A program made the translations under genes and the position numbers. The notes beneath the pieces are model-generated. The model was not told the origin of the DNA and did not search any database. It worked only from the letters and a program-made list of their open reading frames with translations. Below, piece by piece: positions 1 to 9,008 of a stretch of DNA of 64,000 nt; the stretch's first letter is position 1, and the number at the start of each line of letters is the position of its first letter. This DNA is from a virus: IMG/VR virus record IMGVR_UViG_3300027754_004232, positions 1-64,000 of that record; one strand, 5' to 3'.

Positions 1-459
1 CAACGAAGGCGTAGGATTTACATTTTGGGGGTCCGTGATGGAATCCCCGCCAATAGCGATATACTCCAGTTTGGCCCTCGTAGTACTAGAACCTGTCAAC
101 AAAGCGTGGAACTTGTCAAAAAAAGCTTTGAATGGAATTTTAAAGCGAGCATGTGGTTCAATGAAACCTTTGCCTACTTTACTCGCCAAAGAAGTGACCA
201 ATTTGATGAATGCGGAGTCTCATCAACCTTAACAAAAAGAGATTATAAATCATTTACAGACCTAGTAGTCTCTAATGGTAATATACGCAGAGTAACGCCC
301 ACAGAGAGGCTTCGCCTCATGGGTTTTCATGATCATTGGCATATTGAAAATGCTTCAAATACTGATAAGTTTAAATACAATGGTATGCATGTGCCTTCAG
401 TTCAGTACATAGCAAGATGTTTAAGGGAGTATCACAAATGTTTGAGTTCTCAAAAATAG
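1..459 (+). CDS. DNA (cytosine-5)-methyltransferase, C-terminal part (5' truncated by the window)
   Basis: Frame 1 is open from base 1: QRRRRIYILG (motif VIII), TRD-like STLTKRDYK, RRVTPTERLRLMGF (motif IX), atypical motif X KFKYNGMHVP. Confidence 0.85.
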   Translation, partial: QRRRRIYILGVRDGIPANSDILQFGPRSTRTCQQSVELVKKSFEWNFKASMWFNETFAYFTRQRSDQFDECGVSSTLTKRDYKSFTDLVVSNGNIRRVTPTERLRLMGFHDHWHIENASNTDKFKYNGMHVPSVQYIARCLREYHKCLSSQK

Positions 460-1070
460 CAGAAAAGTTTGACGAACACTTGTCTGGACAATTATATTGG
501 CATAGCAATTTTGTTAATCATTTCTTGCCTGAGATTGCATCTGTATTTATGGCAGAAGAAACAAATGTGTATGATTTTGGTGCATCAACAGGTAATGTTG
601 AATTGGCTTTATCAAGTATGATTAAGTCGAGGAACATAGACTTTATACCTGTGGAAAAATGTAAAGAAATGGCAGAAAGATATAAGGGGGAAAGCGAAGT
701 GGTTGTTGATGACTTTCTAAATATATACATGGAAGAGTTTTCATTTGCCACATGCGTTTTATCTTTATGTTTTGTCCACCCATCAAAAAGAGAAATGTTT
801 ATTGATTCTTTAAAAAATAATTGTATGGTTGGAGGTGCTTTTGTAATACTAGAGAAAATGAAATCTAAGGGTGGATATCTAGGCACAGCTTTAAATAGAG
901 TTACATGGCGTAACAAGATTGAAAATGGCGAATCTGTAAAAATGGTAGTCAATAAAGAACTTTCTTTAAGTGGAGTTCAATACCCTCTGAGCGAAAAAGA
1001 ACTTGAAGGATTTGAGTTAATATGGGCGTATGGTGATTTTCGTGCTTACATTTGGCTAAAGGAGTTTTAA
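438..1070 (+). CDS. CmoA-like (carboxy-SAM synthase family) class I SAM-binding protein
   Basis: FEFSKIAEKFDEH start, VYDFGASTG SAM motif, GGAFVILEK and KIENGES..NKELSL follow the CmoA layout; overlaps the MTase stop; AAGGGAG RBS upstream. Confidence 0.75.
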   Translation: MFEFSKIAEKFDEHLSGQLYWHSNFVNHFLPEIASVFMAEETNVYDFGASTGNVELALSSMIKSRNIDFIPVEKCKEMAERYKGESEVVVDDFLNIYMEEFSFATCVLSLCFVHPSKREMFIDSLKNNCMVGGAFVILEKMKSKGGYLGTALNRVTWRNKIENGESVKMVVNKELSLSGVQYPLSEKELEGFELIWAYGDFRAYIWLKEF

Positions 1071-1071
1071 A

Positions 1072-1320
1072 ATGGAAGAAGAATTAGATTATCATTGTTC
1101 TGAATGCGGAATACAAATTTCAGAGTGGATGCTTAGAGATGTGGATGGAGTTACAATTGACACATGTTTGAATTGTGCGATTAAATCATCTTTAATGTTA
1201 TGTCCTGTGTGTAATAAAAATATAGGCATGACAAATGTAGATCGTGCTAATAGAATACTTGGAGAAGGGTGGGAAGAAATGTGCGAAGAATGTGCTGTTG
1301 AGTTTAGAAAGGCAGATTAA
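1072..1320 (+). CDS. Small Cys-rich zinc-finger-like hypothetical protein
   Basis: Four CxxC pairs; AAGGAG RBS. Confidence 0.6.
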   Translation: MEEELDYHCSECGIQISEWMLRDVDGVTIDTCLNCAIKSSLMLCPVCNKNIGMTNVDRANRILGEGWEEMCEECAVEFRKAD

Positions 1321-1321
1321 A

Positions 1322-1468
1322 ATGGAAGATGAATTTATTATTACTTTTTTAAATAATAAAAAGTATAAAATTAAAGATGTTAAGAAAATAGTAAAGTCTA
1401 AACCAAAAGAATACAATAAGTATGTAAGCACTATAGATGAAAAGATATGTAAATGGGAAATAAAATGA
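1322..1468 (+). CDS. Small hypothetical protein
   Basis: Fills the gap between coupled ORFs. Confidence 0.4.
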   Translation: MEDEFIITFLNNKKYKIKDVKKIVKSKPKEYNKYVSTIDEKICKWEIK

Positions 1469-1884
1469 AAAACATTAAAATAAAGATTGATGATGAAATC
1501 TTCTATGTTTTTTATAGCAACGAGTGTAATTCAAAAAAAGAAAAAATAAGGCTGGATTGGGATCAATTGTTATCTCATTTAAAAGATTCTATTTTTCCAG
1601 AACAAGAAGATGTAAATGAAGATACAAATAATAATCACATAATAGACTTGTCTCTATTTCAAGATGATCTTAAGTTTTTAGTTTTTACTCATTCTTTTGG
1701 AAATAAAAGAGTTTTTTCGATTTACTGTAATCAAAAAATAATATCAAAGAAAAAATTGGCCTTTGGTAAATGGTCCGCAAAACTTGAATGTGGTCATTCA
1801 TATTTAATGGATGAAAGCATAGATGATTTAAATAAGTTTAAAAGAATTTTTTGTTCTAAATGTTTGGAGGAATCTGATGGATAA
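1465..1884 (+). CDS. Hypothetical protein with C-terminal CGH...CxxC zinc motif
   Basis: ORF track; LECGH and FCSKC. Confidence 0.55.
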   Translation: MKNIKIKIDDEIFYVFYSNECNSKKEKIRLDWDQLLSHLKDSIFPEQEDVNEDTNNNHIIDLSLFQDDLKFLVFTHSFGNKRVFSIYCNQKIISKKKLAFGKWSAKLECGHSYLMDESIDDLNKFKRIFCSKCLEESDG

Positions 1885-2320
1885 GGGTTATATTCGTAAA
1901 GATAAATTGTCTGAAATAAAATTGCAATCTGGAGGATTAGTATTAATATCATTAGAGCAAATTCAATATTTGCTTGAAAATTTAACTGGTAAAAACTACG
2001 ATGTTTTTGAATTATTTCAAATGTTAAGGTCTTTTGATGGAGATATAATTAACATGGACATGATGGAAAACATAGTTGTAGAATGTTTGTATACATTAAA
2101 TACAGATGGAACTAATTGTAAGCATGTTACCATATCTCCTGTTGCAGAAGATAAAGAAACTTCTAGAATGGTATGTGAAGGAGAAAAAACAATGGAAGAA
2201 TACTATATATCTGAAACAAAAAGACTCAAGGTAAATATTTCAAAAAACCTTAGTTTTGTAACTGAAAAGTGTAAAGAGTATAAAAAATTAATGTTAGGGA
2301 AAAAACATGAAAACAGATGA
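1877..2320 (+). CDS. Hypothetical protein
   Basis: ORF with GGAGG RBS, coupled to neighbours. Confidence 0.55.
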   Translation: MDKGYIRKDKLSEIKLQSGGLVLISLEQIQYLLENLTGKNYDVFELFQMLRSFDGDIINMDMMENIVVECLYTLNTDGTNCKHVTISPVAEDKETSRMVCEGEKTMEEYYISETKRLKVNISKNLSFVTEKCKEYKKLMLGKKHENR

Positions 2321-2930
2321 GATCATGAAGCGTATTGAAAGTGGGAATAGTTTGGCAGATAAGGTTGCCAATTATCTAAACTTTAGATTTAAATACAAAT
2401 TTGAAAAAGCTTCTATTGAAGAAGATAAGAAGTTGATGATTGATTATAAATGCAGCAAAAGCAATAAAACTGCACAAATGAAATGTCGTGAAAACAAATC
2501 AGACATCATTTACGAAGCAAAAAGATTCTATTCTACAAGCGGTTGTTTTTATGAAGAGGCAAATGGTAGAGATGTGAGAACAGAAGCAACCCTATACATA
2601 TGTTTGTCAGCAGATAAAAAACAAATAATAGTTGCAGAAACAGAAGCAATTAAAAAAATAGTTCAAAAAGAAATGCAGAAATTAGAAATAACATTAGATC
2701 AAGTAAAACAATATGAGCAAGAATGTGCATCTACTAGGAATAAAACAAAAAAATTAGCTTCAAATAAATCTAGAATTGAAGTATGGTTTAAGGTTGATGA
2801 AGGTATAGATTCAAGACATTACAGTAAACTTCTTGTCTTTATACCTTATTCAGCCATATTTGAATCTGTCGTAATTGATTTGAGAAACAACGAAAATATT
2901 GAAGATGAAAGGACTTGGAAAAATGGATAA
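2307..2930 (+). CDS. Hypothetical protein, possible PD-(D/E)XK-like nuclease
   Basis: ED..LMIDY...AQMK pattern; function call is weak. Confidence 0.4.
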   Translation: MKTDEIMKRIESGNSLADKVANYLNFRFKYKFEKASIEEDKKLMIDYKCSKSNKTAQMKCRENKSDIIYEAKRFYSTSGCFYEEANGRDVRTEATLYICLSADKKQIIVAETEAIKKIVQKEMQKLEITLDQVKQYEQECASTRNKTKKLASNKSRIEVWFKVDEGIDSRHYSKLLVFIPYSAIFESVVIDLRNNENIEDERTWKNG

Positions 2931-3519
2931 TGAAATTATGTTTAATCAAAGAATACCTAGTTTGCTTGTTGTTGACAACTTTTACAAAGATCCAGATTCT
3001 ATAGTTGGAAAAACAGCAGACTTTAAATTTAAAGAGGAAAACAAGTTCTATAAAGGAAAAAGAACAACTCAATGTTTATTGCCTTATGTAAAAGAAGAAT
3101 TTGAAAAGTTATTGCAAGTAGAGATAGTAGATTGGTTAAATCAACCAATGAATGGCGTTTTTCAAATAACATCTGGAAATGACCCACTAGTATGGCATAG
3201 TGACTCACAAGACTATGCAGCAGCAATATACTTAACGAAAGATGGACCAACTAATGCTGGAACATCATTTTGGAAAGATAAAAAATATGGTTGCAGAAGA
3301 CCGCCAAGTCACCCATTAGAAAACAGAACAGATATAACAGAATCAGAAATATACACGCAGCATAGCCTATTAAATGAAGATAGTTGGGAGTTGGTAGATA
3401 GAGTTGGATCTGTATATAACAGGCTAGTTCTTTGGGATGGTAAAATGATTCATTCTGCTACTATGTATGGCGAATTTCCTAGATTGGTTCATCTATTCTT
3501 TTTTAATGTGAAAAAATAA
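2923..3519 (+). CDS. 2OG-Fe(II) oxygenase (DUF6445-like)
   Basis: VVDNFY.DPD, HxD motif WHSD, IYL...GTSFW, YNRLVLWDG..IHSA, terminal R. Confidence 0.8.
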   Translation: MDNEIMFNQRIPSLLVVDNFYKDPDSIVGKTADFKFKEENKFYKGKRTTQCLLPYVKEEFEKLLQVEIVDWLNQPMNGVFQITSGNDPLVWHSDSQDYAAAIYLTKDGPTNAGTSFWKDKKYGCRRPPSHPLENRTDITESEIYTQHSLLNEDSWELVDRVGSVYNRLVLWDGKMIHSATMYGEFPRLVHLFFFNVKK

Positions 3520-4769
3520 TGCCATACTTTTCTATAGTCACACCAACAAACAATACTCAGTTTCTTGCTCGACTTTCTCGATCTATAGCCAAGCAAACAT
3601 TCAAAGATTTTGAGTGGGTTATTGTTCCAAATGGTAACGCCAATATTGATATTGAATCATTGGCTTTTAATCCAAGAGTTGTAGAATCAAAAAAACCAGA
3701 TTCAAAATTAATTGGTCTATTTAAAAAAGAAGGATGCATGGCATCCAATGGGATTGTAGTTGTAGAAGTTGATCATGATGATGAACTTACAGAAGATTGC
3801 TTGCAGGAATTATACAATGAATTTAATTCAGATCAAACACTTGATTTTGCATATTCAAATTGTGCAGAAATAAACCCTGATGGAAAACCATTTGTTTACT
3901 CTAACTATTTTGGTTGGAGAAATAGACCATTTAAACATCAAGAAAAAAATCTTTTAGAACTAATATCATTTGATTCAACTCCAGCATCTTTTTCTAAAAT
4001 TTGGTTTTCTCCAAATCATGTTCGTGCATGGAAAAAATCATTTTATGAAAAAATTGGTGGACATAATGAAGAAATGGAAGTTCTAGATGATCATGACATT
4101 CTTTGCAAAACATACATACAAGGTAAAGTTAAGCATATAGATAAGTGTTTGTACATTTATTATAAGCATAAAAACAATACTTGTTATGGCGAGAAGAATG
4201 CTTTCATTCAAGAAGAAACATTAAACATTCATGATAAGTATATTTATGCATTGGTTGAGAAATGGTGTGACCTTAATGGTTTGCTTAAGATAGACCTTTG
4301 TGGGGGTTTCAATTCTCCAGAGGGGTATAAGTCAATAGACATGCAGAACGCAGAAATTATACATGATTTAAACGATCCTTGGCCTTTTAAAGATGGTGAA
4401 GTGGGATTGATAAGGGCACATGATGCTCTTGAACATTTAAAAGACCCAATTCATGTGATGAAAGAAGCGTATAGGTGCTTATGTCCAATGGGTTGGTTTT
4501 TGACACAAACCCCATCAACAGATGGTCGAGGTGCTTTTCAAGACCCAACACATATAGCATTTTGGAACAGTAACAGTTTCTGGTACTACACAAAACAAGA
4601 ACAGGCAAAATATATTGGTACGCCAGTAAGATTTCAAGGAAATAGAATCAAGAACTTTTATCCAAGTGAATGGCACAAGACACACAACATTCTTTATGTA
4701 AAAGCAGATTTAATAAGACTTCCAGATAAGGATTCAAATATAAGAGTTCCTGGAGAAGTTGTGATATGA
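3519..4769 (+). CDS. GT2 glycosyltransferase fused to a class I methyltransferase-like domain
   Basis: FSIVTPT, QTFKDFEWVIV, DHDD; C-terminal IDLCGG, HDALEHL, AFQDPTH. Confidence 0.8.
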   Translation: MPYFSIVTPTNNTQFLARLSRSIAKQTFKDFEWVIVPNGNANIDIESLAFNPRVVESKKPDSKLIGLFKKEGCMASNGIVVVEVDHDDELTEDCLQELYNEFNSDQTLDFAYSNCAEINPDGKPFVYSNYFGWRNRPFKHQEKNLLELISFDSTPASFSKIWFSPNHVRAWKKSFYEKIGGHNEEMEVLDDHDILCKTYIQGKVKHIDKCLYIYYKHKNNTCYGEKNAFIQEETLNIHDKYIYALVEKWCDLNGLLKIDLCGGFNSPEGYKSIDMQNAEIIHDLNDPWPFKDGEVGLIRAHDALEHLKDPIHVMKEAYRCLCPMGWFLTQTPSTDGRGAFQDPTHIAFWNSNSFWYYTKQEQAKYIGTPVRFQGNRIKNFYPSEWHKTHNILYVKADLIRLPDKDSNIRVPGEVVI

Positions 4770-5332
4770 AACACATATATAATCTACCAGAATTTGGAGA
4801 AAATTGGTTTTCATATCCAAATCTATACAAGTCAATGGTTGAAGAATTTTCTTCTGGAAGTAAGTTTGTGGAAGTAGGATCATGGAAAGGTAAAAGTGCA
4901 GCCTATCTTGCTGTAGAAATTATAAATTCCAAAAAGAATATAAGTTTAGATTGTGTAGACACATGGATGGGCAGTAATGAAGATGCACATACAAATGATT
5001 CTTATGTAAAGTCAAATACTTTATATGAACTATTTATTAAAAACACATATTCTTTGTCTTCTGTAATTAATCCAATTAGAATGGATTCTATTAGTGCTTC
5101 AAAAATGTATAAAGATAATTCAATAGATTTTGTTTTTATTGATGCTAATCATGAATACGATAGTGTCAAAGCAGATATTTCTGCATGGTTTCCAAAAGTA
5201 AAGATTGGTGGAGTTATAGCTGGACATGATTATACTAAAAACTGGAAAGAAGTAGTAAGAGCAGTTGATGAATTTTTTATAAATAAAAAGCTTTTATTAA
5301 GTGAAGGGTGTTGGATTTACGAGAAAATATAA
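4766..5332 (+). CDS. Class I SAM methyltransferase (Methyltransf_24-like)
   Basis: VEVGSWKGKS, CVDTW, DFVFIDANHEY, GGVIAGHDY. Confidence 0.85.
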   Translation: MKHIYNLPEFGENWFSYPNLYKSMVEEFSSGSKFVEVGSWKGKSAAYLAVEIINSKKNISLDCVDTWMGSNEDAHTNDSYVKSNTLYELFIKNTYSLSSVINPIRMDSISASKMYKDNSIDFVFIDANHEYDSVKADISAWFPKVKIGGVIAGHDYTKNWKEVVRAVDEFFINKKLLLSEGCWIYEKI

Positions 5333-5940
5333 TGGATTTAGCATTATTGGTTCATGCGTGTGACAAGTATTCTTTTGTTTTTGAAAGATTTTTAAAAGCA
5401 TTTGATATTTTTAATTTAAACATACCATGTTATTTCTCAACAGAATCCACAAATATAAAAAGCAAAAAATTTGAAAACATAAACACAAATGAAAATGTAT
5501 GGTCATTAAGATTAAATCAATCTTTACTTAAAATAAAAGAAAAAAATGTAGTGATTCTTCAAGAAGACTTTATAGTAAATAGTTTTAATGAAAATTTGTT
5601 TTGTGATCTTTATAAGTTTCACAATGATTATGGTTCAGACATTACTAAGACAGGTTCGTTTAAAACCTTTTCGTTGCTAAAAACTTCTGTTGAAAATATG
5701 TACGCACAAAAATATGGTTATTATTTAATGAGTCATCAACCAATAGCTATATTCAATAAAGAGTTTTTAATATCAACGCTAAATGAAAAACAAAATGCCA
5801 GTGAGCACGAAATGTATTGGTCTGAAAGAATAAGGGAAAATAGTATTTTTTGTTTTGGTAAAAATGAATTTGATCATCAAATGTTTAATCCTGTTTTTGG
5901 ATATACACATGTTATAAGCAAGGGTAAGCTAATAGCTTAA
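5332..5940 (+). CDS. Glycosyltransferase-like hypothetical protein
   Basis: ACDKYS, WSLRL, VILQEDF and SHQP motifs seen in GT-A-like phage proteins. Confidence 0.5.
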   Translation: MDLALLVHACDKYSFVFERFLKAFDIFNLNIPCYFSTESTNIKSKKFENINTNENVWSLRLNQSLLKIKEKNVVILQEDFIVNSFNENLFCDLYKFHNDYGSDITKTGSFKTFSLLKTSVENMYAQKYGYYLMSHQPIAIFNKEFLISTLNEKQNASEHEMYWSERIRENSIFCFGKNEFDHQMFNPVFGYTHVISKGKLIA

Positions 5941-6449
5941 CCATGCCATATCTTTTCTTCTGGACCAAGCAATCTTGCTAAAGTAAATAGGAAATCGCTA
6001 AGTCTATTTATAAACACAACAATGTTTTTAAAATCTTGATGTGCTTCCATAAGTCTGACTAAATCAATTTCAACTCTTCTGCATACTGCTCTAGCCAAAT
6101 GAATTTCACAATGATTGAATGGGATTATAAAATTCTTTAATGGCTTTAAACTTTTAGTCATCAAATCAATAATGTCTTCTGTTTTTTTAATGTGTTCTTC
6201 TTTTATCCTTTCTTTTCCAGTAGCCACTTCTGCACCAACTTCAAAAAGAAGATTTTGTATTTCTATTATAAATTCGTACACTTCATGGACTTTTAATTCT
6301 AAAATATACTTTTGATTAACAAATCCAATCCAAGCATTAAGCTCATCAATACTACCAAGAAGTTGTATATTAGGATTAGTTTTAGGTACTCTACCTATTT
6401 TTGGCAAAAGTGTAGTTCCGTCATCACCAGTTTTTGTATATATTTTCAT
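5937..6449 (-). CDS. pduO: ATP:cob(I)alamin adenosyltransferase, PduO type
   Basis: MKIYTKTGDDGTT, GSIDELNAWIG, IQNLLFEVGAE, ARAVCRRVE, NRLSDFLFTLAR. Confidence 0.92.
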   Translation of the reverse strand: MKIYTKTGDDGTTLLPKIGRVPKTNPNIQLLGSIDELNAWIGFVNQKYILELKVHEVYEFIIEIQNLLFEVGAEVATGKERIKEEHIKKTEDIIDLMTKSLKPLKNFIIPFNHCEIHLARAVCRRVEIDLVRLMEAHQDFKNIVVFINRLSDFLFTLARLLGPEEKIWHG

Positions 6450-6522
6450 TTTAAATTCTTGAATATTTTGGTTGTTAAAACGAATACTATTATATATTAC
6501 TAAACTATAAGGAGGAATCAAT

Positions 6523-6735
6523 ATGAAAGTAATAATTAGAAACATGTCTGGAGAATTTTTTTGCAAACAACCAGAAGTTGGATTAACAAATCTAAAGAAG
6601 GATGCATATGTTTTTGATTGTTACAATGATGAACATGCAAATTTAGTTCTAGAAAAAACTAAACAATTTATTTCAAACAACGATTTAAATTTAGAAGTTA
6701 TTGATAAAACACAAATAAATTTAAAAGTAGAATAG
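6523..6735 (+). CDS. Hypothetical protein
   Basis: Strong AAGGAGG RBS. Confidence 0.55.
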   Translation: MKVIIRNMSGEFFCKQPEVGLTNLKKDAYVFDCYNDEHANLVLEKTKQFISNNDLNLEVIDKTQINLKVE

Positions 6736-6742
6736 GAACAAC

Positions 6743-7213
6743 ATGAACATATTTGTTTTAGATAAAGACCCAAAACAAGCTGCTGAATGGCATGTGGATA
6801 AACACATAGTTAAAATGCCTTTAGAAACAGCACAAATTTTATGCACTATTCTTAATGGTCATGGTGTTATGACACCATATAAATCAACTCATGTTAATCA
6901 TCCTTGCACAATATGGGCAGGAAAAAGCATGGGTAATTTTATTTGGTTGTGTGAATTAGGTATGCATCTTTGTGATGAGTATTCTTATAGATACGAAAAA
7001 GAACACGCATGTAAGAAAGTTATAATAGAATGTTTAACTTTTGCGTGTAAAATACCAAACATTGAAATGACAGAATTTGTTCAAGCTATGCCAGAAGAAG
7101 TAAAGTCAAATGATGCAGTTGAATCGTATAAGAATTACTATATAAAATTTAAATCTCATATTGCCAAATGGAAAAAAAGAAATGTTCCAAATTGGTATAA
7201 CATAATAAATTAA
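6743..7213 (+). CDS. Pyrimidine-dimer DNA glycosylase / endonuclease V-like protein
   Basis: MNIFVLD..P, DKHIVKMPLETAQIL, YKSTHVNHPCTIW, QAMP, YKNYY. Confidence 0.8.
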   Translation: MNIFVLDKDPKQAAEWHVDKHIVKMPLETAQILCTILNGHGVMTPYKSTHVNHPCTIWAGKSMGNFIWLCELGMHLCDEYSYRYEKEHACKKVIIECLTFACKIPNIEMTEFVQAMPEEVKSNDAVESYKNYYIKFKSHIAKWKKRNVPNWYNIIN

Positions 7214-7220
7214 GGCACTT

Positions 7221-7409
7221 ATGAAAATTAAAAAGAACAGGCAAAAAAAAGCTAGAAGAATAATGATTCTTGCAGCAATAAGAATGTCTAAAGAAATTGG
7301 AATGAAATTCAATAGGATCAACATGGAGGAAACAAGAGATATTTATATGTGCAAGTATGGCGTAGATAGTTTAATTAGAAGGTTTGATATTGCAAGTATT
7401 GTCGCCTGA
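7221..7409 (+). CDS. Small basic hypothetical protein
   Basis: ORF track. Confidence 0.4.
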   Translation: MKIKKNRQKKARRIMILAAIRMSKEIGMKFNRINMEETRDIYMCKYGVDSLIRRFDIASIVA

Positions 7410-7541
7410 TTGTTCTTTTTGAAATCCGTAAGGACAATGTTTGCAATCTTTTTTACAACAACGGCCTCTTTTTTTTAAAAAATATTCAGTCAAAACAACT
7501 TGTTTATTTTCATCTATATAATAATCTATGTTTTCTTGCAT
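7371..7541 (-). CDS. DUF5522-like small Cys-rich protein (56 aa, absent from the ORF track)
   Basis: Manual translation MQENIDYYIDENKQVVLTEYFLKKRGRCCKKDCKHCPYGF...; TATAAT upstream on the - strand. Confidence 0.7.
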   Translation of the reverse strand: MQENIDYYIDENKQVVLTEYFLKKRGRCCKKDCKHCPYGFQKEQSGDNTCNIKPSN

Positions 7542-7602
7542 ATCTATTAAATTCCACTTCTACACAATTATACCTTTTGCAAATCAAACTAATATTTGAA
7601 TT

Positions 7603-8157
7603 TCATAATCCATTACCACCATTGTTAAAACCGCCACCAAATTGACCAAATAAACCACCAATATTACCACCGCCAAATTGACCACCAATATTACCGCCAC
7701 CAAACTGTCCAAATCCACCACCGCTTTGAAATGCCGAAACACCAACACCAGCCATAATTCCCTGCATTGCCATAGAATAAAAAGGATTGTTCATACCAAT
7801 TGCTTGAACTCCACCGCCCCCTTGACCAAATCCACCTCCACCTTGTTGAAATTGTGTAGCACTTGGCAATTGATAAAGGAATGAAAGTTGAGATCCAAGT
7901 GTGTTGTTTTGAGTATATTGCGTAGTTCCTTGAATCCCACCAGAATTAGCATTGAGTCCACCAATACCGCCACCACCAATTCCATTTATATTACTAGATG
8001 TATTAAAATTAATGTTTTGATTTGCTATTTGAGACTGTGCTGTATTATTTAAAGCAGGAGGAAATGATGGTCTTGGAGGTAAAATATTTCTATATTTTTG
8101 AGCTTGAGAAGTAGAAGCTATTATAAAAAACAAAAAAGTTACAATTATTTTTTTCAT
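7603..8157 (-). CDS. Secreted Gly/Gln/Phe-rich low-complexity protein
   Basis: Signal peptide MKKIIVTFLFFIIASTSQA; GQFGGGNIGG repeats. Confidence 0.7.
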   Translation of the reverse strand: MKKIIVTFLFFIIASTSQAQKYRNILPPRPSFPPALNNTAQSQIANQNINFNTSSNINGIGGGGIGGLNANSGGIQGTTQYTQNNTLGSQLSFLYQLPSATQFQQGGGGFGQGGGGVQAIGMNNPFYSMAMQGIMAGVGVSAFQSGGGFGQFGGGNIGGQFGGGNIGGLFGQFGGGFNNGGNGL

Positions 8158-8252
8158 AAGTTATTTAACCAACTTCTTCAATTGTGCCAGATAATTTAAT
8201 AGTTGGTATTGCCTCCCAATTTGTTAGTTTATTACTAAGATATGGCTTACCA

Positions 8253-8648
8253 TCATTTTTTAGGTGACTTTGTTTTTATTCCAGCTTCCTTATATGCACT
8301 ACGCATTTTAGGGTTGTCATCTATAGCAAACAACACATTTTCTTTTATGCTTTCAGCATGTCTTTTTTTAGACTCGTTTTGATCTTTAGGACTACCACCC
8401 ATATTATTCATCATAAGTTTATTGTATTTAACTCCAGCTTTCTTTAAAGACTTTACAGTATCATCTCTGTCGGATTCTGGCCTACCAGTTATAATATAAA
8501 TCTTGTTTTGTTTTGACAACTCATTAACATAATCAATCATTTTTTTAATTGGGTATATACCATTACGCAAAATAGTGTTATCTATATCGACAATCACTAC
8601 ATTTGCATTACACAAATAAAAAAATATATCTTCTGATGTTTTTCTCAT
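8253..8648 (-). CDS. HAD-family phosphatase (polynucleotide 3'-phosphatase-like)
   Basis: DIDNT motif I, ITGR motif II, K, IDD motif IV. Confidence 0.8.
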   Translation of the reverse strand: MRKTSEDIFFYLCNANVVIVDIDNTILRNGIYPIKKMIDYVNELSKQNKIYIITGRPESDRDDTVKSLKKAGVKYNKLMMNNMGGSPKDQNESKKRHAESIKENVLFAIDDNPKMRSAYKEAGIKTKSPKK

Positions 8649-8651
8649 ATT

Positions 8652-8663
8652 TATTTATACACC
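8652..8663 (-). promoter_or_regulatory. Candidate phage promoter GGTGTATAAATA
   Basis: Contains T4-late-like TATAAATA just upstream of the HAD gene; related GTGTAWWWRTA copies at 11328, 21378 and 52607. Confidence 0.45.
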
Positions 8664-8681
8664 AGTATGTAGACTGTATTA

Positions 8682-9008
8682 GTGTATGTGTATTTGAAAA
8701 TCTCACCGAAAACATTGTGGTATTTAATGATCAAAACATATCATGTAAAAATAACAATTCTTAAAAATAAAAATAAATATAAAGCTAAAATAACAAAAGA
8801 TGGGTACATATCAATAATTCTTTGTGCATCATCTGATAAGAAAGCAATTGAACTATTAGAAAAAGTTGTTTGTATAGGTGATAAAAGAAAGATTAAAAAT
8901 AGCAAAAAAGTTAAGGATTTCGTATTGCAAAATAGCAACCATAGTTATATGTTTGCATTGCGTATTGAGAATGTAGACAGCTATATACAAGATTGTGATC
9001 ATAAGTAA
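8682..9008 (+). CDS. Basic hypothetical protein (start may be 8727)
   Basis: ORF track. Confidence 0.45.
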   Translation: MYVYLKISPKTLWYLMIKTYHVKITILKNKNKYKAKITKDGYISIILCASSDKKAIELLEKVVCIGDKRKIKNSKKVKDFVLQNSNHSYMFALRIENVDSYIQDCDHK

